DNA from: Carcharhinus amblyrhynchos
Lineage: Eukaryota
NCBI GenBank assembly: GCA_965287045.1
Contig: OZ336878.1
Span: 10,230,001-10,294,000 of the forward strand
Direction: 5' to 3'
Length of the DNA stretch: 64,000 bases
Position 1 is the stretch's first letter. Each line of letters begins with the position of its first letter. The notes beneath the pieces are model-generated. The model had not been told where the DNA came from and ran no database searches. It was given only the letters and a program-made list of their open reading frames with translations. Positions 37,207 through 47,964 of this stretch are shown here, piece after piece. A program made the translations under genes and the position numbers.

Positions 37207-38520
37207 TGCTGAAGAGCTAGCTGCCAGCACCCGATTCATAGGTCATAGGATCAGGTCCTGAGATAGTTTCTACCCCTATGGAGGACTCCTTTGCGTTCAT
37301 CCTATTGAACTGATGAACATAAACCATACAAGGGCTCTCTGTATAAGGTAAATCTTTTTGAGGGAAACGTAGCATTCAAGTGCAGGCAATTTGGCTATTT
37401 TCCATGAACTGTAATGTCTAGGCCAGGAGCTATGCTGTCCAAATCTTTGGTTTGTGCACTTGTTTTTATTTACCATTTGCATACAAATGTTAAAATTAAG
37501 CACACTTCTTTCTGCAGGGTGAAACAATATTGTAAAATGTCATAGCTCAGTCATATTAATCTGATAATTTTGGAGCTTTGCAAATTTTAGATCATTGGTT
37601 TAGTATTGCAAGACTCAAATGTTTGCCTTGCAAGGTTTCCCTAGTAAGTCAAGTTTTTTGACTCTTGACATTTAAACAGAAAATCCACAGTTCAAATATA
37701 ACTTGAATTAACTTGTTAACAATTAACATCTCAAATGTACATGCATCATATATTTGAATAGTGTTGAGGTGCAAAACGTAGTTTAATTTGCCTGATCTCT
37801 TGTTTAATGTAACTATGACCCCCGTCACCCGCCCACCCCATTTAAGGGCTAATGATTTCCCTTTTAGTGAGTCTGTCTGTGGATCTTATGTATGTATATA
37901 CATGCACATTTAGGATGCGATTATTTTACTTTTTTGTTCTAAAATAGTTAGAAGCTCTTCAGAAAAATCTGCAGAAGCGAATGTTTTTTAAAAAAATCTG
38001 TACGCAAATTGTGTAGTTACATTTTGTGGGGAGATGCATCAGTTAACCTAATGTAACATGTTAAAGCAGAGACAGAATCTGTGTTAGAATTAATTAGAGG
38101 AAAGATACACTTCAGGTTTTGACTGAAAGTTTTTGCTGTTGTCCCTGTTCCATACATTTAATATCAGCACACTGCTAGAATAGGTGTCCTGCATATTTCT
38201 TTTGCATGTTTTTTTTTTACACATGGCTTTTTGAGATGGATTAGCTATTATCTCGAAGAAAAAAATTCTTCAGAAAATGTGCATTGCTGGAGAAGACTAC
38301 TAAGCAGATAAAGGGCTTGCTGTGGTTGGAGAAAGGGATATCATACAGATTTGGAGCTGAAATATAAGGTAACTTCAATCTGACGGAAAAAAGCGGTTTA
38401 AGAATGATCCAGATGTATTCATACTCACTTTTTGTTTTTCTGATAATGTAATCAGATTTTAGTGTGAATTAAACTGTTAAGATTTTGAAATTATAAATAA
38501 AGTTTGAGGTGCACAAATAA
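37207..38520 (+). other. FUBP1: Distal FUBP1 terminal exon and long 3' UTR
   Basis: ccctcgttcttgtacag|TGCTGAAGAGCTAGCTGCCAGCAC..., similar to the mammalian AEDAASTKS* exon (from memory); AATAAA at 38496-38501. Confidence 0.55.
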
Positions 38521-39141
38521 TAATGGCTTTCTTTATTACTGTGTCCATCAAATGTGGATTTGGCACTACTTACCAGGGCCAGCAGTTACTGCTCATAACT
38601 AGTTAATTTTGAAAAGTGGGAGTGAGCTGGTACAAGACAATCTGCTCAGAGTTGAGGGGAAAAGAAACATTTAGCCAGATTTCTCATTCTAGATTTCATC
38701 CAGTGATCCCTGGATGAGTTCAGATTCCATCTGGATGCTCTTTAAATGTGTGTTTTTCAAGCTCTGTGGTGTACCTGCAGAGAGCTTGGGCCAGAGTTCC
38801 AGTACTTCTACCCAGCGCTGTTGGAGGAATAATGATATGATGTTCAAGTCGAGATGGTGTATGGCTTGCATGAGAGTGTTTCCATGCACTTGATCCTCAT
38901 CCTTCCAAGATTTGATGGTGCTGTCCCTTAAAGCTGTGTTATCAGGGCAACACAAGCACTCATGACTCAGTAGGGAAGCCAGAGTTATCCCTATGCTTCA
39001 CTAGTGCACCCAAGCAGACTCTGAAATGGGTTGCAGATACTACGAAAGGAGAATTGCCTCTTGACTAAAGTATGATGCTTGGTGCAGGGGGAGTGAAAAG
39101 ATCTCCAAAAGTAGTAATTTAATAAAAATGTTCTGCAACAT

Positions 39142-39147
39142 TTTATT
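39142..39147 (-). terminator. Candidate NEXN poly(A) signal
   Basis: TTTATT on plus (AATAAA on minus) about 1 kb beyond the NEXN stop. Confidence 0.45.
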
Positions 39148-40111
39148 AAACTAGCCGTTACAGAAAAAAATCAAAAGTTCATCTCTGTCGCTGTCTACAC
39201 TTCCCTGCCGAGTGTGAGCATTGGTGATTACACTGATTCAGGATGAAGCTCTAAAATTTTTGGGTTGTGTTGCTTCTGGAGATGCTGTCAGAACATATCC
39301 ACGCCACCAAGGTGCAAGTCAGTATGCTGGCATCAGTATTGAAACAGAGCAAGGAAAAGCAGCACATAGTTTTCTTTCAAAGTAAACTTTAAATGGTATC
39401 TGAAAATTCAATACAATTGAGCAGGAGTTGAACTGTTTACAAAAAACAAAGTAGATTCCACATGAAGAGCATTTCTGAAGGTCACAGATTGTCCAACATG
39501 AAATATGCCATGCCTCTTGGGCCCGTTATTCCGAGTTGCATGAAGGAACATCTTTGTCCGTGGACAATTTATATGTAAGGCTTCATGGTTATTTATAGTG
39601 GTTAAATAAGAGCTTTTTTTCTGTATGTATACAACCCAGAGTTGCTTATTGATTATGATCGACAAGTAATTTTCCTGTTGCATTTAATAAAAAAAACCTT
39701 TAAAACTCCTGTACGCAAAGTTTACTGGGCTTTCACAATGGACAATTCTAACAAGTTATTTCAAAACTGGCATTTTGCTTAAATTGGGTAACCCTGGATT
39801 ATAATTTTTAAGAATTTGCAGGTTCACAGATTGGTTCTTAAGTGGACTCCACTGTTAACAATCGTGCAAATATAATAGCATCTGTTAAATAACATCACAA
39901 AATAATTTCAAATGATTAAAACTGACCAAATAAAACCAGTATGTAAACATCATGCATTTTTCCTAGGCTATGCGTTAACCGTGAGAGGAATAATGATCAA
40001 CACTACTGCAATTTTTCCAAGGGTAATAGGATATTTAATTTTTTTTGGCCCCATCAGAGGGGAAAGACGGATGTAGTAAAGGTTGAGGACAGAAAGGAAA
40101 TTCCAGCAGAT

Positions 40112-40125
40112 TTAGTAGTCATCAG
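40112..40125 (-). CDS. NEXN: NEXN alternative terminal mini-exon giving ...IETDDY*
   Basis: Minus strand ctcttttag|CT GAT GAC TAC TAA joined to the donor GAA A|gtaag at 40273. Confidence 0.8.
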
Positions 40126-40262
40126 CTAAAAGAGAAGAGAAAATTGAAGAGGTTAGTTGCCATGAAAAAGAGCTGAAAATGGAAGTATAGTTTCTTTTTA
40201 CTTGGTGTGAGTGTGGGTGAGTTTGCGGATCTCCTACTTCTAGAGAGAGTGCCGTACAAAAT

Positions 40263-40637
40263 TTAATTCTTACTTTCAATGGTGAGAATGCAGGTGCTAG
40301 CAGCTGTTCCTCTGGTGTTGACAGCTTTGCACATGTATTCTCCTTCGTCTTCAGGAAAGGTTTCAGGTAGGTAAAGGCAGTAAGTTTCTCCTCTTTCAAT
40401 GTATTGATAGTCCTCGCAGTCCTGCAACATTTCGCCTTCAAACCACCACGTGACTCCCGGCGTGGGTTCCCCCATGACTTTCACGGTGAACCTCACGGGC
40501 TCGCCGTCCACGACCGATGTGTTCTTGAGGGGTTTCTTGAACCATGGAGCGCCGGACCGAATGAGTTCGTCCGTGTCATCCTCACAGGCTGAACCATTAA
40601 CAATGCTCCCTTCTTCTTCCTCCTCTTCATCCCCTTT
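40263..40637 (-). CDS. NEXN: NEXN last coding exon, Ig-like I-set domain ([11 protein letters not shown]...[10 protein letters not shown]...CILTIESKN*)
   Basis: tgcag|AAA GGG; characteristic nexilin C-terminus. Confidence 0.97.
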   Translation of the reverse strand, partial: KGDEEEEEEGSIVNGSACEDDTDELIRSGAPWFKKPLKNTSVVDGEPVRFTVKVMGEPTPGVTWWFEGEMLQDCEDYQYIERGETYCLYLPETFPEDEGEYMCKAVNTRGTAASTCILTIESKN

Positions 40638-40920
40638 CTGCAAACAATTGAGTTCAAAAAAATGCTTCAGCATCTAATGGCAGTACAATCTGATTGTAGT
40701 GCAGGCAGAGTAATAGATGTTACTGAAATAGCGAATCTGGAATTCAGACCCATCATGAATTCATTCAGCCTGTAAATGTCTTGAACCATTGGGAGCTATT
40801 GATGGAACCTTAACAAAGGCTTCAGTGTTTTCTATATTAAGTTGAAGAAAGTTTCAAGAGGGGGTAGAGTACAGGGTTGAGAGGTAGCTTTGTATCAACA
40901 TAAGCATGCAGCTATAATGT

Positions 40921-41195
40921 TTAAAGTTTATTTATTCGTGTAACAAATAGGCTTACATCAACACTGCAGTGAAGTTACTGTGAAAATCCCCCAGTCACCA
41001 CACTCTGGTGCCTGTTCGGGCACACTGAGGGAGAATTTAGCATGGTCAGTGCACCCAACCAGCATATCTTCTGGACTGTTGGAGGAAACCCACACAGACA
41101 TAGGGAGAACATGCAAACTCCACACAGACAGTGACCCAAGTTGGGAATCGAACATGGGTCCCCAGCGCTGAGAGGTAGCAGTGCTAACTATAACG
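40921..41195 (-). mobile_element. V-SINE
   Basis: Reverse complement of SINE head, core and 'cacagtaacttcactgcagtg' tail. Confidence 0.8.
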
Positions 41196-41529
41196 TGCTG
41201 CTGTGTGGCATGAGTTTGGTGCCTCTATTGCTAACAGTGCTTGTGGGAATGAGAAGGGACCTGTGGGAGAGTGTCAGCCAGGAAGTGGGTTGGAAAGTAC
41301 AATTGCTAGTAAGCCGAGGGATCAGGGAGAGGTGAGAAGCAGTAGGGACAGTGAGCAGTGGTAAGTAGAAAGAGGGGGCTGCTTTATTTAAGAATTTTCA
41401 TTTTAAACACATTCATTTGTGTAATAATTTAAGTGTACAATATTTAAATGCAGGATATATTTTTTCCCCACAATTTGGAAATCTTATCTGTTGAACCTTG
41501 TTGCATTTAAAGCTGCACTTTTCAGGAAA

Positions 41530-41850
41530 CAGCCACAGTGTTAAAGAGGCAGTGACCATATTAAGAGTGTTGCACTGCATAAGGATGATTTTTCAGGGTA
41601 AGATGTTGCACCAAAGACCTGCCTGCACGTTCATGGTTCTATTTTGAACAAAAACAGGAGTTTCTTGTGGCTTCCTCGCAAATATCTAAACCTCAACCAA
41701 CATCACAAAAATGATTTATCTCATTGTACTGCTTTTTGTGGGAGCTTAATAGTGTACAAATTGAATGCTGCATTTCCTGTTTTTCAAGTTGTGTGCCTCA
41801 AAAAATAAGGGCTTTGGGGACATGAGATAAATGGCACTATATAAAATCAA
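41530..41850 (+). mobile_element. Deu-domain SINE (SacSINE1-like)
   Basis: 'ctcaaccaacatcac...gtgggagctt...caaattgaatgctgcatttcc...ggcactatataaa'. Confidence 0.6.
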
Positions 41851-42114
41851 TCGTCCTTTTCTCTTTCAAATAACGTAAGTTTGACATTATCGAATCAATG
41901 CATCCTGATTTACCCTTGACATTTATTTTCAGTCTCCGGCCATTTCGGGTTTTTCCTTGATTAACCCATCGAGGGTAAAATAGGCCGCTTGGCCCAACTA
42001 ATGTTTGTCAGTGCACATTCAGCAGCTGACAGGGAAAGAAAATGCCACTGGCTTTGTTTCAAAGGGAATGGGATATAAAAATTGTGAAATCTTGCTTAAA
42101 ATTACACAGCATTA

Positions 42115-43165
42115 GCTTGTTTATTTGTTAGTCAAACAAGTAGGCTTACGTTAACACAGCAATGAAGTTATTGTGAAAATCCCCTAGTTGCTCTGGCGCT
42201 TGTTCAGGTACACGGAGAGAATTTAGCACAGCCAATACGTGTAACCAGCCCATCTTTCGGACTGTGGAAGGGAATTGGAGCACCCAGAGGAAACCCATGC
42301 AAACACGGGGAGAAGGTGCAGACTCCGCACAGACAGTGACCCAAGTCAGGAATTGAACCTGGGTGAGGAAGTAATGCTAATGACTGTGCCATCTTGCCAC
42401 CCAAGGCAGTCATTGGATCACTCCTCGAATAGTTTTGGTCCCCTCATCAGGAAAGATGTACTGGCAGTGGAGGTATTCCACAGAAGGTTCACTAGGTTGA
42501 TCTCGGCTGTTGAGTGGATTGGGCCTGTACTCATTGGAGTGACACACACAGGATTCTCATAGGGCTCAACAGTAGCTGTTCAGTGCTTCTTTCCCCTATG
42601 GGAGAGTCTAGGACCAGAGGGCATAATTCCAGATTAAGGATTCATCCATTTAAGACGGAAGGAATTTCTTCTTCCAGTGGGAGGTGAATCTGTGGAATTC
42701 TTTACCACAGAGGGAGTTGTAGAAGCTGGGTCATTAAGCGTGTTCAAGGCTTGAGGTAGATTTATAATAAATAAGGGAACCTAGGGTTATGGGGTTACAG
42801 TGAGAAAATGAAGTTGAGGATTGTCAGGTCAGTCATGATCTAGAATCATAGAATCCCTACAGTGCAGAAGAAATCCATTTGGCCCATTGGGTCTGAACCA
42901 ACCACAATCCCACCCAGACCTTATTGCCACAACCCCACTTATTTACCCTGCTAATCCCCTGACACTAGGGTCAATTTAGTATAGCCAGTCAACCTAACCC
43001 GCACATCTTTGGACTGCGAAGGGAAGCTGGAGCACCCAGAGGAAACCCACGCACACTGGGGGAAGGATGCACAAATTGCACACAGACAGTGACCCAAGCT
43101 GGGAATTGAACCTGTGTTCCTGGCGCTTTGAGGCAGTGGTGCTAATTACAGTGCCACCGTGTGAC
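42115..43165. mobile_element. Cluster: V-SINE(-) about 42117-42407, CR1 3' fragment(+) about 42420-42840, V-SINE(-) about 42842-43165
   Basis: SINE cores and decayed RKDVLA..V.RRFTRLI coding. Confidence 0.75.
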
Positions 43166-43619
43166 CCAAACAGTTTTGAGTACCACAGCATATTACCTTG
43201 TCAGATGTCAGTATCCTAGTAGGAAAAGAATTCGGATTCCTCCCAGTGCCGTCATGGGATTTGAACCCATCTCACCCAAGAATAGCCCTCAGGATTAGCA
43301 TTCCCATGACATCACTGTACCTCTATCCATTCCCCCACCCCCTTTGAATGGCAGAGCAAATACGATGGGCTGAATGGCCTACCACTGCACCAAATCTTAT
43401 GCAATTCCCATTACTCAGCATGTAACAAAATCCCCATATTCTATTCTTTTCACCTTGTACTTGCAAAGCTTCCCCTTAAATCCATCTTTACAATTTGCTT
43501 CAATTACCCCATGTGGCATCAAGTTTCAGGTTTCACCTGAATTTTCATTTGGTAACATTTTGGAGGATGTATTGACAGAATGCTTGTGTTTCAGAAATTA
43601 TTTTTAAATAAAAGTTTAC

Positions 43620-43808
43620 CTTTTGCAATGCTGCATCAATTTCTTTCTGCTCAAATTGCATCCGTTGAAGTTTCTGCTCTTCAATTCTTCTCTTTTCCTC
43701 ATCCTCTCTTGCTTTAGCCATTTGCTCAAAGCGAGCTCGCATATCGACCTTGTGAGTAAATGGAGCATCATCTCTTTTGGCCTCCTTTGTGACCTCTTCT
43801 ATTTCTTC
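43620..43808 (-). CDS. NEXN: NEXN exon ([38 protein letters not shown]...DAALQK)
   Basis: tgcag|GAA...AAG|gtaaac, 189 nt. Confidence 0.96.
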
Positions 43809-44777
43809 CTGCAAGTGTAAAATATAATTGAATTCATGTCTTAAGAACTGCAGCTTTGACGGAACCTTTCGGGTAAATGCTCTCATCCCATCTCATGGCT
43901 CTTCCACTAAAATGTAAACAAGGAATGAGCGTGGTTTTTAGAATCTTGGTTGAGTTAAGGAAATAGATTTCTGATTGGATTCTTTTTTAGATTGGGGGGA
44001 GGAGGGTTCTTCGGGTTAGTTCTAGGACCGCTGTTCTTGAATAATACTTGTGGCCTAGATGTGTCAATGGCGTGCAAATACAAAATTTGCAGTTGAAAGT
44101 ATTGTGAACAATAAGGAGGATAAAAGTGAGGACGTGATCACAGGGTGGAGTGGATGTACATGTGGCAGTGAAGTACCTTCAAATAAAGGGTAATTCTAAA
44201 GAGAGTACAGGAACAGTGACATGGTGAGAGATGTATATGTGTGTATATCATTGACTGCAGCAGGGCAAGTTGAGAAAATGGTTACGAAGACTTCTTGGAC
44301 CATGAATAAGGGCTTAGAGGGGAAAAAAGGCAAAAAGCTGATAAACCTTTACTAGAAACTAGTTTGACCTCAACTGGAGTATTTTGTCAGCTCTGGGCAG
44401 CACACTAGTAGAAGGATGTGACAAAGTTAGAGAGGGTACAGGAAAGATTCAGGAGAATATTTCCAATCTAGAAAAATTTCAATCAGATGTTTTCTAATCT
44501 ATGAAATTGAAGTATTCAGGATCTTAAGAGATCTGAACATGGTAATAAGAAATATTTCGCATTGGGTGGAAGGATCGAGAAATAGAGGATACCAAATTAA
44601 AAAGTGGCTGATGACAGTATTCAGTAAGTGGTTAAGATCTGAAATGCTCTGTCTTGAGAATGTGATGGAGGCAGATTCAGTTGAGGACAAAACAATCACC
44701 TTGATGGATACCTTTCCACCAGTTTGAATGTTCATTCCTACCACTACTGGCACATTCAGCTGTGTGTACCATCTACA

Positions 44778-44920
44778 GGAGGTCATCAGGTGAGTCCTGA
44801 TGAAGGAGCAGCACTCCGAAAGCTTGTGATTCCAAATAAATCTGTTGGATTTTAACCTGGTGTTGTGAGACTTCTTACTGTGCCCATCCCAGTCCAAAAC
44901 CAGCATCTCCACATCACGAC
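44778..44920 (+). mobile_element. Penelope-like terminal fragment with hammerhead core, inserted in an older LINE
   Basis: CTGATGA(44797-44803)-A-GGAG cagca CTCC-GAAA-GCTT; 11-bp TSD TACCATCTACA at 44767-44777 and 44921-44931. Confidence 0.75.
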
Positions 44921-45002
44921 TACCATCTACATGAAGCACTGCAGCATCTTGCCAAGGTTCCTTTGACCGCACCTCCCAAACCGATGAGCGCTGTCACCTA
45001 GA

Positions 45003-45213
45003 GTTATTTTACACAGAGGGTGGTGAGGGCCTGGAACGCACTGCCAAGCAGGGTGGTGGAGGTGGACACGCTGGGATCGTTTAAGACGTATCTGGATAGT
45101 CACATGAGCAGACTGGGAATGGAGGGATGGAGAAGAATGGTCTAGTTGGACCAATGAACGATGCAGGCTTGGAAGGCCAAAGGGCCTGTTTCCTGTGCTG
45201 TATTGTTCTTTGT
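45003..45213 (+). mobile_element. CR1 LINE 3' end
   Basis: FTQRVVRAWNALP coding and 'cctgtgctgtattgttct' tail. Confidence 0.75.
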
Positions 45214-45841
45214 TAGAAGGACAAGGGCAGTGAAAGCTTTGGAGCACAACCACCTTTGACTAACCACCGTCCCCCCACTCCCCTTCTCTAAACTGTACAC
45301 CATTTTGATTTGGAATTGCATTACAGTTGCTTCATGTCTCAGGGCGAAAGTATCAGGATTTTGACTCAAACAGTTCATCACTACCTTGTCAAGGGCAATT
45401 TGGGGGGGAGGGTGTGGGGGATGGAGGTGCTGCTGGCATTACTATATTCCATGAACAAATAATTTTTTAAAAAATTAGGCAATATATAGTTAAACTTTAG
45501 CTTCACTGCTTAGTCATATAAATGATTTGGATGTATTGGCCATGGTAAATTACCTCTTAGAACCCAAAGCCGTGTAGGTTACGGGGATGGGGTCTGGGTG
45601 GGATGCTTTGTTAGAGTCAGTGCAGATTCCGTGGGCTGAATGGCCTCTTTCTGCTCGCTAGGGATTCTGTGAGGCTGTCAAAGTTCCTATAAGAACATAA
45701 AAAGTTGTGCATTCGTCACACCAACTCGATCCTTTTTTTAGAGTTGTGACAAAACTGAGTTTGAAAGCTTTCATTTTCCTCTTCCTGAGGAATGGTGCCA
45801 TCCAGTGGCAGGGAGTGGGAATTGCTGTGTATCCCACGTCA

Positions 45842-46106
45842 TGATGTGGCGATGCCGGTGTTGGACTGGGGTAAACACAGTAAGAAGTCTCACAACATCA
45901 GGTTAAAGTCCAACAGCTTTATTTGGTAACAAATGCCTCTAGCTTTCGGAGCGCTGCTCATTCCAATTATTCTCCTTTGTCGCTTCCTTCCTGCTCCTTC
46001 CTCACCTGATGAAGGAGCAGCGCTCCAAAAGCTAGAGGCATTTGTTACCAAATAAAGCTGTTGGACTTTAACCTGATGTTATGAGACTTCTTACTGTGTT
46101 TATCCC
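45842..46106. mobile_element. Penelope-derived foldback element with 92-bp inverted arms
   Basis: Arms 45868-45959 and 46015-46106 have 3 mismatches; same family as 44778; flanking tatcccaYgtca duplication. Confidence 0.8.
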
Positions 46107-46353
46107 ATGTCAGGCAAAACACACTGTTTCCTATTCACCAAGATCTGGATGTTGGAGCCAGTGTCTACTGGCCTTTTGAAACAAACTGAATAATTTGAAG
46201 GTCATGCAAATTCTGGCTACAGTGACTGACAATGACCTGGTATAAAGTGTGATAGATCACCATCTTGCTATTTGAATGCAAGATGATCTATTGCATTGGC
46301 TTTCATAGATGTAGTCTTACCAAGAAGGACCTGTTAACTGGCAGCCTCCAGTT

Positions 46354-46710
46354 ATGGATAGGATAGAGGTGGAGAGACTCTTCCCGCTCAGAAAGGATAG
46401 TAGGACTAGGGGGCACGGCCTCAAGATAAAGGGGGGGCGGTTTAGAACGGAGTTGAGGAGGAACTTCTTCACTCAAAGGGTGGCGAATCTCTGGAATTCT
46501 CTGCCCGCTGAGGTGGTGGAGGCTACCTCGCTAAATATTTTTAAGACGCGGGTTGATGGGTTTTTGATAAGTGAGGGGATTAAGGGTTATGGGGAGAGGG
46601 CGGGAATGTGGAACTGAGCCACGACAAATCAGCCATGATCTTACTGAATGGCGGGGCAGGCTTGAGGGGCTAGATGGCCTACTCCTGCTCCTATTTCTTA
46701 TGTTCTTATG
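46354..46710 (+). mobile_element. Short young CR1 3' end, close relative of the 14217 copy
   Basis: ORF MDRIEVERLFPL...AGMWN and near-identical 3' UTR and tail. Confidence 0.9.
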
Positions 46711-46949
46711 AGACTGTTCTGTATTGTGTTTCAATATTGTTGTCAGCAAATAAAGATTGAATATCAAAATGTGCTTGGCTACCTTCTTGTGTCCTAGCTA
46801 CCACAAAACCAAAAGCCAACGGAGCCATTCTTTGAACTTAACTGAGGACCCAAAATTTCTGTTTTTCAAAATCATCATTGAACCGATTGTCAGAAACTTA
46901 ACTCCTTGGATGATCTGTGTTGCTGGATTTTTCAGTGGCGTGAATAAAA

Positions 46950-47785
46950 GATTTGCATTTCTGTAGCATCTTTCTTGATCTCGATGTCCCAAAAACAATA
47001 ACAACGTCAACAAAGTACTTTTCAAATGGGCTCACTGTTGTAATGTCAGAATATAAGGTGGCCACTTTGCACACAGCAAGGCCCCACGAACAGCAATGAG
47101 GTAGGAGATGATTGAATTTGGTTGAAGGAAATATATTGACCAAGACATGAGTGAACTCTCCTTTTCCAACATGGTGCTGTGGGACCATCTAAGAAGGCAC
47201 ACATCATCATAGACTCCTAACAGTGTAGAAGAGGCCATTCAGTCCATCAAGTCTGCACTGACCCTCTGACAGAGTATCTTATCCAGGCCCCCTCCCTGTA
47301 ACCCCATGCATTTACCATGGCTAATCCATAGAAACATAGAAGAAAGGAGCAGGAAGTGGCTTTTCAAGCCTGCTCCACCATACGATCATAGCTGATTGTC
47401 CAACTCAATAGCCTAATCCTGCTTTTTCCCATAACCTTTGATCCTATTTGCCTCAAGTGCTATATGCATTCAATGTTTTGGCATTGCATGCATTCAATGT
47501 TTTGGTATTTAGCATTTTATGGCATCTAATCTACATATCTTTAGACACTAAGGGGCAATTTAGCATGGACAATCCACCTAACCCGCACGTCTTAAGACAC
47601 AACGGTGCAATTTAACATAGCTAATCCACCTGACCACATCTTTGAACTGTTGGAGGAAAATGGAGCACATGGAGGAAACCCATGCAAACATGAAGAGAAC
47701 ATGCAAATTCCACACAGTCGCCCAAGGCTGGAATCGAATGCGGGTCCCTGGTGCTGTGAGGCAGCAGTGCTAACCACTGTGCTGT
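46950..47785 (-). mobile_element. Cluster of Deu-SINE, V-SINE and CR1-tail fragments
   Basis: Reverse-complement SINE cores and tails. Confidence 0.6.
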
Positions 47786-47964
47786 TCAAAATCTGTGTGG
47801 AACCCAGCGTCTCTGACAGTATAGCACTCCGTCCATCCTGTACTGATGTGCCAGCCTAGTTTTTGAGCTCAAGTGTTTGAGGTGGAGCTCGAGTTCAATG
47901 TTCTGACTCAAGCAGAAGCGCTACCCACTAAGTTGCAAACTGCAACTTTAAAATGATGGAATAC

